Shown in pieces: positions 24,175 to 38,739 of a stretch of 64,000 nucleotides of DNA (position 1 is its first letter; each line of letters begins with the position of its first letter). The notes beneath the pieces are model-generated. The model made no database searches and was not told the DNA's origin. It saw only the letters and a program-made list of their open reading frames with translations. Made by a program: the position numbers and the translations under genes. The stretch is taken from the NCBI GenBank assembly GCA_964276515.1, contig OZ193909.1, positions 15,810,001 to 15,874,000 on the forward strand, given 5' to 3'. This DNA comes from Gordius albopunctatus. Taxonomy: Eukaryota.

Positions 24175-24315
24175 CGCGGGCGTAGCCCAGGGGACCTCTA
24201 AATCGAAAAATTTGTTGAAATTTATTAAAATTATGGTCACAATAATAAAAATGATCTTTTTGCCCCTCCCTAATTCACTTGCCCCCCTCTAATTTCAATG
24301 CTGGCTACGCCTATG
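24175..24315. mobile_element. hAT-type MITE (CATGGGCGTAGCC family)
   Basis: GGGCGTAGCC / GGCTACGCCTATG ends. TSD AATATTAA / AATATCAA. Confidence 0.85.
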
Positions 24316-25735
24316 AATATCAAAACTTAAAAACTTCTAACCCTAAATATTCAAATCTAAAAGAGATTTGATGCTTAGCTAGATAAAATTAATTTTCAAA
24401 CAATATATTCAGTGTAAGTCAAGAGCACACTTCTTTAAAATATTACACACAACATGAAAAAATATTTTTTCAAAAATCCCTTAATAAAACTAAAAGTATG
24501 ATATTATATTATTACCAATAGCCATTGACTATAGAATCGGGTAATTAACCAAAAAAGATATCATAAATTCATTTTTATCCTTGCCCTTTAATTTAAAATA
24601 TGACTAAGTTTCTTTAATTATTTTGTTTTAGAATCATTAATATTTATGATCGTCACACTAATCGTTACTTAAAAAATATTTAAATATTTATTTATAATAC
24701 ATTTTTTCATCAAAGAGTATGGAAAACGAGTTTTAAATAACTAGATAAATGAAAATTTATTAAATGTAGCGATAGCGATACTTATAGTAAAAAATTTCAA
24801 AGAATTTGTGAAATTCCAAGGGAGAGGGGCAGCCGCCGCCCCCTGGCTACGCCCATTATCAGGTCAAAATTATAATCTTTGTTATAAACCTAATATCTTT
24901 AATTCTTGCACAAAAAAAGTATAAGAATAATTATTTTTGCATCATATTATTATGGAAATAATTTTTATAGAAATGATTATTTTGATACTTAATCGCTTGC
25001 ACTTAATTTTGCCCATTTTTATTTTCATCTTCAACCATTTTGAATACCTCATTAAACCTGATAATATCCTTTACGATTTCGTAATTTAATAAAATTATTT
25101 TGCTTCCAAACAATTTGATTAATTTATAAGTATAAACGGCCATATACAATTAAAATAGACTCTATGCGAATCCTTTCTCCAAACCAAATTTTCACTACTA
25201 AAAAAATTAACTTTCATATCTTCAAAAATGAGGACGTTTTTATCTTAGCATTTTTACCCTCCATCTCAAGCATGAAAAACGTGTAATTAATTTTAATTTT
25301 ATCACATGGCTCTCCCGTTGCGGGCCGCAACGCTAAGGCATGGAAAACGTTAAATTTAACAGCCCCCCCCCCCTCCCAGTCAAATTTTAAGCCTCTTTTC
25401 CCCCTACCTAAAACGCGAAAAGGAAGAAGGAGTGTTAGGCAGCGCAGCAACCTAGTTTTTAGGCCGATACACCCATCCATTATTAAATCATACAAGACTG
25501 AAAGGGGGGGGGGAGGGGCCCTATAATAACCTCTCTCCCCCTTTGTAAATAGAAGTATAAAGGGAAGGATGGATGGATATAGCTTTAAGCGAGCGAGGAG
25601 AACAGCCTTCCCCCCACCCCGCAGTTGTTCGCTTTGATTATATTATCGGAGGAGGAGGAGGAAAAATGAAAGGGAGGGGGGTATAATATATAATAGCTGT
25701 GGCAGCTAGCAGCTAGCGAGCAACTAACGAAGGGA

Positions 25736-25738
<3 letters not shown>

Positions 25739-25760
<22 letters not shown>
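25739..25760. repeat. (AG)11 tract in the CpG-rich putative ARID1 promoter region
   Basis: Read directly. Lies in a purine- and CpG-rich stretch (~25300-26000) 1.7 kb upstream of the ATG; could act as a GAGA element. Confidence 0.8.
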
Positions 25761-25767
<7 letters not shown>

Positions 25768-27488
25768 GGCATAAAATATATAATGTGTGTGTTGTGAGCG
25801 CTGCTTGTTTGCTTGCTACTGCTGCGCGCGAACGAAATGAGGCGAGAAATGATAGCGAAATTGCGATGGTAAATGCGTGCTGCCTCGGCGTTTGCCTTGT
25901 ATTAAAAACGCGACTTTCCTACTCTATTTCGAGCATATAGTTATGTTATTATAGGAAAGGAGGAGTTGTGTATATAGTGTAGGTGTAGGAAAGGCGATAG
26001 GTTAAGTAGGGGTAATAGTAGGCAATATTATTAGTGTTTTTACTACTTAATTTTATGCTACTTATTTTCGTCATTAATTTATAAACCGCGTTTGAAAGAG
26101 GGAAAAAGTTGGCTTGTTTATGAAAACTATATTGTTAATGACTTTGTCTTTTTCAATCAAATCACCGACTAATATATCCTAATAAAAGGTAAAATTTAAT
26201 TTTGCCATAAAAATCTAGGAAAGTGTATTTATGAAAGAAGATTCATACGAAATATCGAGGTTCGTTTTGCAACCCTACGCTTGAAAATGTGTACAAGCCG
26301 CCATTGTTGTGGCCTAGCGCGGTTACTATTTATTTGCCAATTTTATTCAATTAAAATCCCACCAGTACTATAATAACAGCTCAAAAAATCAAACATCCGA
26401 ATTTAAGGGTTTATAAATCATATTTTTAATATATTAGACCCCCAATATTATTCATTTTGGGAACTATTTGAAACGGTGTATAAATACACGTTAACCGGCT
26501 ATATTTACCAACTTCTTTAAACCCGATATCTATAAATTCAAAGTTAAATAATTTTGCTTCAAAAATAATTAGCAATGCATAAATCATGGGTAAATGTATT
26601 GGTAAAGCTTTAGTTTGCTTAATGTTAAGTTTTGAAGCGGGCGCCATCTTAGCCAATGGCATTGCGCTACTACCGCCTTTCAGCACAAATAATAACAAAG
26701 TGCATACATAAACACCCCACCCTATGCATTTGCCTTGCTGCCTGCGTGTATATCCAAGCCTAGCAAGCGTACATTTATAATGGAAAATAGCGATCGCTTT
26801 TCTCTCCCTCCCTGCCCGCCTGCCTAGTGTATATTCCCCTTGCGACCCTAAATACATTTTGTCAAAGTATAAAATTATATGTTTTAATCAAACTTTTACA
26901 CGTTGTTTCTCTATATCAATACTTTGATTTGTATTATTATCGTTTATAACTCTTCTATTTAGTGTTGCCATTAATTATAAGATATACCGCGTCGTACTGA
27001 AATAAAAAAATTGGATACTAGAATCGATACAATCATCCTCCCCTCGCATTCGTTTTGACAAATGTTTTCTCACTACAACAAAACCATATGATTAATATCA
27101 CCGACCGAACTACTACTACAACTCCCCCCAATTACGAGAGAGGGGATAATAAGGAGGAATTACAATGACATCATCATCATCCCTACACATTTTTGTATAA
27201 TAATAATCCTACAGTGCTCCTGTTTAAAAATATCGCTACACAATGAGCTTAATCGAAAAGGGAGGAGAAATAATATGGTGAATGATAATGTTTACTACTA
27301 CCATTATGTTGCTGTTTCATTACCATCGAATTACATCTACTTTCCCCATTCCCAAGTTGTACTACTATCGCCCCCTTCACATCAAAATTATTCCATTACT
27401 AAGAAGGTCAAAGGGTTATTACCGCGTTGAAAACTGATTTGGGAAGGTTAGAGTTAGGAGAGCGAGAGGAGGTGTAAAGTAGGTTGAT

Positions 27489-30400
27489 ATGGAAGCAACC
27501 TATCCAAAAAAACAACTTAACCACCAACAATATCATCATCATCATCCCATGTGTTGCCACATGAATTCATCAACTCCGAGCCCTCACATTACAACTACCT
27601 TTACGGGTAAACCCAAAACAGGTTCCATGACTCCTATAACTCAATATTTCTTATCCGATCATCACTTACAAGGGGCTGTTGATAATGGTCATTATTCCAA
27701 AGATTCACCCTCACAACACCCACAGCCTCTGGATGATAATTTTTCTTGGCATACCCAACACATGAGTCCTGCAGTCCCAAATTATAGGGCAGCCATGACA
27801 TCACCCAGACAGCCTCAAATGAGTCCATCTTACAATGCTGCTACTAATTTCATCAACCCTCGTAATGTTAATAGCTATGGCATTTCTTACAATACAGCAG
27901 GGGATTTAGATGCTCAAACTCAATATAGAAATGATTTGCCTGATCCATATAGGCAACCTAAAGGACAGTTAAATAGTCCTAACCCAAGTTGGAATTCATA
28001 TTCTATTGCCTACACCGAAGATTTAAACAAAAATCCACCATTTCAACCCAAATATGTTGCATCCACAAACCATGGCATGCCACATTATAACATGCCACAA
28101 TCTCTGGTCATGCCAAACTTTAATTCTGATCCCAACAATTCTACCCCTACCCTCAATCAATTGCTCCAAGCACCAACCTTCATTATGCAACATCAAACCT
28201 CAAACATGTTGGGACATCCAAATAGGAATGATTTAAAACAGTCTGGGCATTCTCCCAGATTTACATCTAATCAATTTAATTCATTAAATCAGCCCATCAA
28301 CAATAATTCAGACAAGAAGGACTTTCCCCAATTTTCAATGGAAAGTGCGGGACATGTGCCTCAATCTTTTCCTTACAGACCACTAAGTTCAAGAAACCCT
28401 AGCAACCATTTAAATGATGTAACCTCTAATTTCAAATTTTATATTAGATGATTTTAGATAGAAATCATTTTTTTTTAGAGTTTTTCTATTTAAAACCTAC
28501 ATTTCATATGTTTTGTTGTGTAGACCAATAGCCAATTTTCACATTCATCAAACTATGGGTCAGTCCACTCCATGGATCAAAAATTTATGCCAGATGACAA
28601 TTCCAACAGACCTGGACTTTTTTATGGCAATGAAAATAACCCTCAAAGCTATGCTCAAAATTTAGGTAATTTTGACCCTGCAATATTTTTTGAATGCAAA
28701 TTTTTTACAAACACACTAATAAATTTATGTTTTTTATATCTTTTTAATATTTTAAAATCTCAATAATTTAATAACAATTGAGTGATATTTATTTAAATAC
28801 TTTTATTGGTGATAGAAAAGCCAAGCCCTATTAAATATTTAATATATGCTTTATCATGGCTGGAAATTACCAAAAGAACTTTCAATTTCAGATTTTTAAA
28901 AATCTTAATTTTATTTTATAAGTGAGTAAGAAGCTTGATTTTGTTTCCTTCATCATTTGAAAGCAAGAATTTTAATTAAGCATTTTATTTTAATATATTT
29001 TCATAGAATAAATCCCACAATTTACAAATAGTTATTGTTTCTGGTTATAATTTACAAAAAATTTGAGATAACTTTATATTGTTGCAATTTTCTATATTAA
29101 GCAGGTCATAACTAAAAAAATATTATTTTGCTTAATATTAGTGAATTTGGCAATATCCAAATTATTAATTAGTGGCCATCAGACTAATATAAATTTTTTT
29201 ATTTTACACCCCCACCCACCCTATTTATATTATGAGAATTTGACCAAATATATAAAACTTTATGTTATGCACATATTTCCGATATTTTTTAGATTTATTT
29301 AACTATTTAGTAAAGGTTTCTAAAATGCTTTTTTATAGTTTGTTTATACCTATTAATTAGTGTTGTAAAAAGACCTGTGTTTTGTCTGGTCTGTTTCTCA
29401 AATTTCGACTAAGCCCAGGGGTCGACTAAGAAAAACAGACCAATATACCTTCGCTTTTTACGTTTGGCGTACGCCTATGATGGTGTATGATATTTTCGCT
29501 GAAAAGATTTTCACGGGCAAACGAGTTATGTTTTTCTTTGATACAAGCGTATTTGTTAAAAATCCGGAAATTTGACGATATCAATTTATAAATACGTTAA
29601 ACATATAAAACTCAGATTCTCATCGAAGGAGTCCGGCCCACCAAGCCAACCCTACCAAACACGGCCACAACAATAACAGCACACCCAACGACTGGGGCGA
29701 CAATAGTAATAACAACGATAAAATTAGTGCTAATTCTCCTCCTCCGCCCAACCTGCTAAACCAAATGCTCCTATCATCCTCCTCTACTAACAACAACCCA
29801 TCCCCCAAAACCCCTTCTCAAGGCTCCTCCTCCACCCTCACGCTTGAGGGCGAAGAAACCTCCCACGGACCCGTCGGTCAACACCAACCCCAAGCAGCGA
29901 CCCACAAGAGACTTCACAAGCTAAAGCGGGAATCCTCTGCAATGGCGGCCCCCAGTAGTCCCAACAGCAATGGCGCCGGTGTTGTCAAGACTCCTAGGGA
30001 TTATAAGAGACGAAAGAAGGGCGGGCCTGAGCCGGGCGCGGGGGTGCCGCCGCCCCCTTCTTCGAGCAGCGAACTCGTCACGATCAACAACTACAATTCC
30101 GCCGAATCGAATTCTAACATGAGTAGTTTGACCGGCGGTGCCTCCAATAATTCCTACCACCAAGGCTTAAATTCTCCGGCCCCAGCCTTCGTAGCTGTCC
30201 CCACTCCTGTCAACGCTTCTAATCCCCCCGGTATACACCCTACGGGTCAATATAGTTTGAAAATGATAGGTCGCCCATTTTTAGGCTTCGAACTGATTGC
30301 CATGTGGCTTAGCTGTAAAATTGATACCTTACTTATAATGATTTCGTCTCTGCACTTGAAGTCTAGGGGTGAGGTTTGTCATTAGAGGTTGTGAACCTAC

Positions 30401-33400
30401 CTATTGCGACAGGACAGGCAACTGTAATTTATAACGGGCGTAGCCAGGGACGGCTGCCCCTCTTCAAATCCGAATCTTACAAAATATCATCATCACATTA
30501 GTGAAGGCTCTAGCTAGCGTCCCACCCTGAGTTTTATTACTTGAACTTATTCAAACGCATTAATCTGGAAAGTTATACATGTCGTAATGTTTGAAATATA
30601 TGTTAAATTTGGGTACGTCAGTCAGTGTTTGCCTGGGTGTGTAAATTAGATACGTATTTTATTGACCTTATACGACTGTAACTTGGATTTGTTTTTTTTG
30701 TTGATTTTAAAACCGGGGTTGCGTCATTCATTAAGTAATATCGACGGGGTAGGGACAGGCTAAATAATGAAGTTTTCTAAAAATATACCAAAATCTTAGT
30801 GAATTTTGTATCGTACAAAGATTTTTTAATTGGAGGGGGGGGGGGTGCAATTGCCTCTCTGACTACCCCTGTGTCTGTTACGACATTTTACCTCCCTAAA
30901 ACTTGCATAGCTGCTCTCTAGTAATAATGCCTGAATCATATCCTAATTTTGAAGTTATAAGTTGTTATTAATTATAACATTTGCCACAAATTAAATTTTT
31001 TGGAGTTGTGCAAGTTTAATTGAAAATTTCTAAAAAATTGGTTTGAAGCCCTTTACAGTAGAGCTTAAGGTGGCACTAATTTTAAATGCCTAAAATTTTT
31101 ACCGAATAAAACTAAGCGCACATAGATCACCTTTAATAAACCACTGACCAGAATTATGTGTGACTCAGCGTTTGTACTATTTTGCAAAACTGTTTGATCT
31201 AATTGCAATTACACGGTGGTGCTACTCACCGTGTTGTTGTTATGTACATATAATAATATAAAGGAAAGGGTATTCTCGGAAATTAAATTAATTTTTATCA
31301 CACCCTTCATTTCCCCTCATATCTCTATTGCTCATATGTTATTAAATGCGTGTCTACATATTTTTTTAATTGATTGTTTAAACATTCTATGTGCCATTCC
31401 ATAAAATCTAAAAAGTTTACAAATATTAAAGATATCCAATCAAATATGGCCGGAGTTTACTCCATTTAAAACTTAAAAAGGGACGCCATTTTATTGCAAA
31501 AACGCATTTAATTTTTTTGCCCAAAGACAAATTACGCACCATAAACAATTTCATTTCGTATTTAAATCAATTAACCCTAAGCATTTAGGGCGTGGCCAAG
31601 ATCGGGCGGGGAGGGGGCCAAATATTTTATAAAACTTTAACTTTGGGTGGCAAGTGCCCCTTCATACTTCCCTGTTTTTAAAGCTCTATGCTTTTATTAG
31701 CGGTCATACTTTTTACACTACCAACTTCTTCAATTAATCACAATGTACTCGAGCTACATTAATAAACTTTCCCACCATAAAAGTGCCTAGACTAGACGCT
31801 AGGCTAGATTCGCGATGAGCATATGTTTTTGATTTATGGCCTGGGATCGTAATCGAGGATCATTTTAACGTAGATAGTAATAGATTGGCTTGAATTTTTG
31901 TATGGTCCTAGCTAGGATTAATTGGTATTGATTTAAGGAGAGCCGTGATTTTGACATTACAATTATATCTTGGAATATTATAATATTTAATTTGGGAGAG
32001 GCCCCTCTGCTGTGGTTTAAATTAGTAGCAAGCATAAATATTTACCTTTAAAAAATAAAAAAATATCAATCTAAGCATTCGTTTCTGACTATCTTATATT
32101 TAATAAAGTTAAAATCTCTTACTAAGGCCGATTTATTAAATGGCGGTTGGGGTTTTGACCACGTTAGGTGCATCGCTGTGCTCTTTTGTCTACACTAAAT
32201 TATTTTATAATGAAAATTGTCGATACTTTCTTCTAAAGTTATTTCAATGAGTTATGTGTTTATGGGTGCGCCATTTGCTAAACTAATTTGTCAATGGTTA
32301 CCCTAAACTTTGCTGATTTGAATGCTTAAATTTTTGATCTGAAGTTATATTGCATTTAAAGGGCGCTTTCACTTGACATATTATACATTAATTTATGTAC
32401 TAGACGCTAATAATTATAATAAATGATTATGTTCCTTTTTGTGCAACGTTTTAGGATCATTGCCCAACACCTTCCCTAACGCCTCAACTTCGATAGAATC
32501 CGGTAATTTTGTGGTCAGGAATGAAACCGATAGCAATTCACTCCAAGATGCCAGCCTACTTTCGTCCAATGGCTTTAAATACCAAAGTCAAAAGGTTAGC
32601 TAAACTCACCACACTTATTAGACATGTTAATTAGCTTTATGCCGAACTCTAAAGATATAAATTGCTATGCAATTTATCTTGAGTAGGCTATTGTCTATTT
32701 ACTTAATATTTTATTGTTTAAAGATTTACGGAATAGTTTATAATACAGCTCGAATTTTGACATCGATCTTGTTATATGATTGTTGAAAAAATAGTTCAAT
32801 GTTATTATCTATTTTGATAAAATAATACAAACTATTTAAGGTAGTAATATTATATAAACCCTCGCCCAAAAGTAGAAGAAAATAAATACCCTAACAAAAT
32901 TACTTCTCAAAGCGCAGGCCACCTTTTGATTATTCAGCAAAGTACTCCCCCCATGTGACAATTAAATGGGATAAACGAGTTATTACGTATTATAATTACA
33001 TCGACGTATTATAGAATCAAAGTTGCGTCGCAATTTATATAAAAGTTAGGATTTACGAGATGGGTGTCGTTTTTGGAACACATTAGATGCGTGAGAATAT
33101 ACAGGGACTGATTACTCTCTTTGCATTATAGTTGCTTTACGTCACTCTTTTATATTATGTATTAAAAAACTTTTGAAATGTGCCAAACTACTTCCTAATC
33201 ACGAAAGCCTAAATAATTACTTTTTATGAATTTAAAATATATCAGAGCTCTGCAACACCCATCAATTTGTCCTCCTATTCCCCCGATCAATCCAGTAGTG
33301 CTTCGTTCAAAGAAGAAAATTCCGGGAATCTTAATAGTCCTGGTTGGCTTTCTAAATCCATCACAAGCCCCCCCATAAATCCATCGCAAAGTCCATCATT

Positions 33401-36400
33401 AAGTCGAATCGATAAGATAAATCACAATTTACGCGTTAAGGTTAGTTATTCTTTTCCTATTTTATGTTTAATAAATGTTGTTTTTTCTATCTTGTATGGG
33501 TTTAAAATCGTTTAGCAGTTTTAATTCGAATCGATTATATTTGCGCCTATTTATCGTCTGCTTTTCATACGCGCTCATTAGAAAAACGAACCCATCGCTA
33601 AGTTGTACGATTTTGGTAGCGAGCCTGAAAGAAAACCATTTTTGGATCATTTGCTTCAATTTAACGAACAAAATGCCAATCCCATCCCATTCATTCCCAC
33701 CGTCAGTAAGGCTTACGTCGATCTCTACAAGCTCTATTGCATGGTTAAAGAGCGTGGCGGGATATTGATGGTAATTATTTTGTTAAATAGCCTTCATTGA
33801 AACTTTACATACGTTTAGGTAAATCAGCGAAAACAGTGGCGCGAAATTGCTGCGGAAATACTAGACGGTCATTCTGCCAGCACATCTTACAATCTCCGCA
33901 AACAGTACATCAAGTGTCTCCTCGACTACGAATGTAAGTTCGAGATGAACGGCGCAGACCCTGCCCCCATAATAACTCAAATCGAATTGTCCGTGAAGAA
34001 AAAGAAGAAAAAAGTCGATCCAAGTACGTCTTTGTCCACGCTAAATTTATAAATTAACACCCCTTTTTTGTAGGTCAAGTCTCGTGCTCCCAAAGTATCG
34101 TGTCGTCACCTTGCTCTTTACCCTTTCAACCAACCAAAAACAATATTACAGGATTACCCAATCCCTCAACCCCTTTTCCCTCTAGTCCCGCCCTAAACTA
34201 TATGCAATCACACAACAACCACAATAATAATGGCTCGAATCCCGCCGGTCCCCTCAATATATCACCACCCTCGGAAAGGATTAAAGTTAGAGATCCCTTT
34301 TCCGACGATAATCCCAGCAGCAATACTACTGGCCCAGGAGGGATGTACGGAAATTTCAAGGGCATGCCCTACAACAATAACATGCCCCCTTCGCATTTGT
34401 CAAACGTCGGTGTCCACCCCTTTGCTAAGCTTCACCCGGGCCCAGAAAATGTAAGGACGAATACTGATCCCTCGCCACACCCAAGCATGCAGCCGGTGGT
34501 ATACAATAATAATAATAATCAATTTCACACCAAACCATTCACTCCCGAACTCCAAAATCCTAAGATGATGATGGCCGAACACCAGCAACAGCCGTACAAC
34601 GAGTTTGCTAGGGCAAATCGATTGTTCAATCAATCCCCCATGCAACACGACATCAAGCCACCTCCACCCGGCAACATGCTTAATTCCCCCACTAATTTAC
34701 CGCTTAATATGGATAAGAGGTAATTGCATTTGTCGTTGTTTTTAGTTGTGTCCGCATCGCTAATTTTCTAGGTGCTTTTCTTGATATTTCATTCAGATCG
34801 AAATCGCGCGAATTTATCTTTGTCTAAATATCCTATTCAATTTCATGGGCCAAACTCGTTTGTAATTATCAAGATTTTGTTTTTTGGTAGTTAAAAACGT
34901 TTTTTTGTTTTGTTTATTTCAACCCTTGAGATTAAATCTAAACTTTGCTGATACCTAAAAATTTAAAAGCCTACAACATTTAAGCTTAGGAAAAGTTTTG
35001 CATCTTATAAAATCGCTGTTATGTTATGCGTCTAAAATGTAAATCTGCTGTGAATTCGAAGTTAAGACATAGCTATGTTATAACCTGTTCGACGATATTT
35101 GCTGCGCAGCAAAATCTAATATTAAGACAAGCCTTTACACGGGAATAAATGTTTATCACACTTTTGTAAAAGGGTCTTGGAACAGGGTTTGTTAAAGAGT
35201 CAAATGCCCATTGAGCATTTCCCCACAGACCCTTCCATGGCGGGCAATCTCTTAATAAAATCCGAGATAAAGTGTGAATTTATGAGTGATCAGCGTTCTA
35301 TGGAACCACCCTCTTTGCAAAGCTCAGAAATGTTTTACAAAGATCCCGAAATGGGCCATCCGCTAATACCCCAACAAGGTGGCGAGATGCCCGCCAACAA
35401 CTTTAGCTTACAATCTTCTAACCAAGATTTCGATACCAACAAGCATTCCAAGCCAAAAATCCCAGATCCTACCCAACTTGATTACAACTACAGTAAATTT
35501 TGACACGACTCTAGGAGGGCATTTTTGTTACGTCATTGATTTAGAGTTTTTTTAGTATCAAAATAATAGCGTTTTCTTGTATTTTTACAAAGTCCCTTTA
35601 TAGTTAAATCATTTTAGCGATGGATTCTTTGAATGGACATTAAATTATTTACTAAAACCATACTATTTAACTAATAATGTAAAAGCAATTTTTTGGACAA
35701 ACTATATTAATATTTCAGGAGGATCTCGATTTTCCTCTTCCAATTTATTTCACGACATACCACCAAATGTGGCCATAACTGAAAACTCCATAGATCCGCG
35801 TTCCTTGAAGCATACGTCGAGGGTAATTGTAATTTGTTAGTTTTAATCTATTATTAATATATATAATTAAACAGAGCACCCTATCCAACACAATTTCTAA
35901 AGATCCCTTATTCCCACCTGATTCCGTAGAAGCTATCGTCCCAAAATATGTAAAACACAAAAAAATTCACGGCAAGGATTTAGGTAACACTCTTTAACTT
36001 AAGTTGTGCTAATTAAGGGGTTTTTGAAAATAAACACAGCTTTGCTAATATTTTGCACGAAATTTTAATTTATGATTTTGCCTTGAAATTTAGGTAACAT
36101 AGACCTTAGGAAGATTCAATTAGCCCTAAAATCGGGTTTGGTGTCCTTAGGCGTACACACCATAGACGCATTTTCGGTGTTGCAAAGCGAGGAAAGCAAA
36201 TTGTCTCAATTCCACCTATCTCAATGCCAGGGCCTACTAGACTTGTTGATCGAGTATTTTCAGGCGTCGTTAGAGGTATTGTTTCACCTCTCGCGAGGCA
36301 GGAAAACCCTACTCAACCCTCTCGAAACCTCTCACCCCGATATCGTCGAAGGTGGTGGGAAAGAAGATATCTTGAGCCTAAATCTAAACGCCAAGGAGGC

Positions 36401-37727
36401 GAAGGAACGAATGCGTTCCGGTAAGAATTACACCATGACCACGCGTACCAAAAAAAGCGTCCGTTTTAAACGGGCAACACCTAACGAGATCGACCCACTC
36501 GCCTCACAATCGAGGTTCGAGCAGCAAGTTTTTGACCACGACGATACCCTGTTTAGGTGTCCTCTACCTTGCTTCGATCGCTGTTTAGTCAACTTTCGAC
36601 CCGATCTGGCCGTGGTGAGTGAGAAAGATGAAATTAGGCAGCAGCACGAGCCATTACCCGATGATAACCTTGATCAAGAACCCAGCTTGGATTTTGCCTT
36701 GGAAGAAAGGGATCGGGTTCTCATGTACGACCGAGAGGCACCCAACTTGCTTTCCGTCCGGTGCGTCCTGACGCTAGCTAACATCTTTCGAGGCCTCTCC
36801 TTCGTGTCCGGCAACGAAATTACGCTGTGTAAAAACCGCGCTTTGATAACCCTAGCCTCTCAACTCCTGTTATTATCACCCCGACATTCCCCCGCAAACA
36901 CCACCGCCCCCGCCGTCGTTACTCAACATTGCTCAACCTCGTGGCCCCTACCCCACCACCCTCGCATCAACTACGTGTTGAGAGATTGTTGGCTCACCGT
37001 GTCTAAAGACGTCATGGTGCTCCTCTCTAACGTGGCGGGCAAGTTAGATCTTCAAACCCTGCCGGACGACGTTATATCCGGTCTCCTAAACTCCTTGGTT
37101 AACACCCTGCTAGACCCCAACTCCCTCAAGCTCGTTCACAACCTGGCTACCGTTCATAACGCGCCTACCCGTAAATTCATGGCCTTAGAGATCTTATGTA
37201 AGCTCAGCGTGTCCGACTCTAACATGGATTACATTCTAGCAACGCTATGTTTGGCCCAATTAGAACAACTGGTGAGCTGTTTGATCGAGATGCTAACTGG
37301 GAAGGAGAGCACGGAGACCGTCCTCAAGGAATGTTCCCTGGTTTTGCTGCTTAATTTGGGACTCGGTGACGCCGCAACCGGTTTCGTATTTAACCTGATA
37401 AGCCACGTGCCCCATAGCATTTGTGCAATCGTGGAATTTATGGAAGAGATTGAATGCAACGCCAGTCGCGTTATACACACCCAAGGCTTCCCAGCCCTAC
37501 GAGATAATCCCGAACTAATGGGAACGTCCCTGTCTATGTTGAGACGGAGCGCCAATCTCCTACTAAATCTGGCCCTGAAAACGGACTGCAAAGCCCTCTT
37601 TTTCCGCCTGCAAAATCGGTTGCTAAATTTAGTTATGTCTCAGATATTGGATCAAAACGTGGCCAATATCATAGCCGATATATTGCACATCCTGTCCGCT
37701 AATCAGAGCGACGATAAAGAATCATAA
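27489..37727 (+). CDS. ARID1: Osa/ARID1 (BAF250) SWI/SNF subunit, ~1750 aa. Exons 27489-28418, 28524-28665, 29616-30245 (or -30230), 32455-32594, 33246-33440, 33582-33770, 33819-34023, 34074-34719, 35173-35492, 35719-35822, 35875-35983, 36094-37727
   Basis: TPTLNQLL motif. ARID domain KLYDFGSEPERKPFLD...VDLYKLYCMVKERGG-VNQRKQWREIA...YNLRKQYIKCLLDYECKFE. FPPDSVEA and LALKSGL. BAF250_C motifs LANIFRGLSFVSGNE and NPELMGTSLSMLRRSA. Splice phases are consistent. Confidence 0.95.
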
Positions 37728-38739
37728 AATACATTAATAGCCGCCTCCTACATGTGAATGGTCGGGGGTATGAGAGGACTCCCAATCCATTAAATGTTTG
37801 GCGATACTACTATTTTTTTAATTTTCAATGATACAATTTCATCTGTGTACGACGGAATCGTTTTTATAGATCAAATCCCATAATTTTTCATTCATTCTTT
37901 GTGTACATTTCTTCATCTTATATTGTGAATAAATGATGTATTTAATGCTTAAGAAGATATGAAATAATACGTTGTTCGTTCTTTGAGTTGTGTTTTGCAT
38001 CTTCATTATTTAAAACATCACGGGCAACTGTCGTAAATTTAGATATTTGGTTTGTAAAACCGACTCGGTTTCATTTGGCCGACCTTTGGTTATGGTCATA
38101 GACTATGGATAAATAGACTAAAGTTTTTTGGGTCTGATTTTGTTGGAGTCGAAATGTGAAAAACAGAAACCAAAGGTCGATTAAAAAATGTTGGGAATTA
38201 AAGCAAGATTCTGGCTTAATGAAATTTTAATGTTTTATTTTGTCACCCTTTTCTTTAATTGTGTAATAATTATTATTCCTAGTTAATAAAAGAAAGAAAA
38301 TTAATTATGAAATTTATGTAAAATATAACTAAATTACTGCTAAAATTTTTTAAAAGTCATCATTTGGGGCCGGACGTGGAATTATAAAATAGGACCTGGC
38401 CGGGTTCGGGCAGATAAATCTAAATAAATCTGACATCTGCAAGGTCTAACCTCAATGTTAAATTTAGATGTTTTTGTTATAAAATAAAGCTTATTATAGA
38501 TGGTGTTAAAACCGTAGTTACCGTTTTATTGAAATCAAACTTTATATTATCTTAGACTTTGTCAGAATATCAACTTGAGTTTCTTTCGTAAATGTGATGA
38601 GTATGAATCACATGAAATTTATAAAATGTTAATAAAAAATTAAATAATGAAACGGCTTATCTAAATTTCTCAAAAAGAAATTTGTTAAAATTTAGCATTA
38701 TATATAGCGAACTATAGCTAAGCTAAAGCATGTTTCCTA

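Noticed and set aside
26426..26857. 143-aa minus-strand ORF upstream of ARID1
   Set aside because: No domain similarity recognised; it lies in the probable 5' UTR/first-intron region and looks like a chance ORF.
37229..37591. Antisense ORFs over ARID1 (and similar ones over INTS9 and glutamate synthase exons)
   Set aside because: Shadow frames of GC-richer coding exons with no recognisable motifs.
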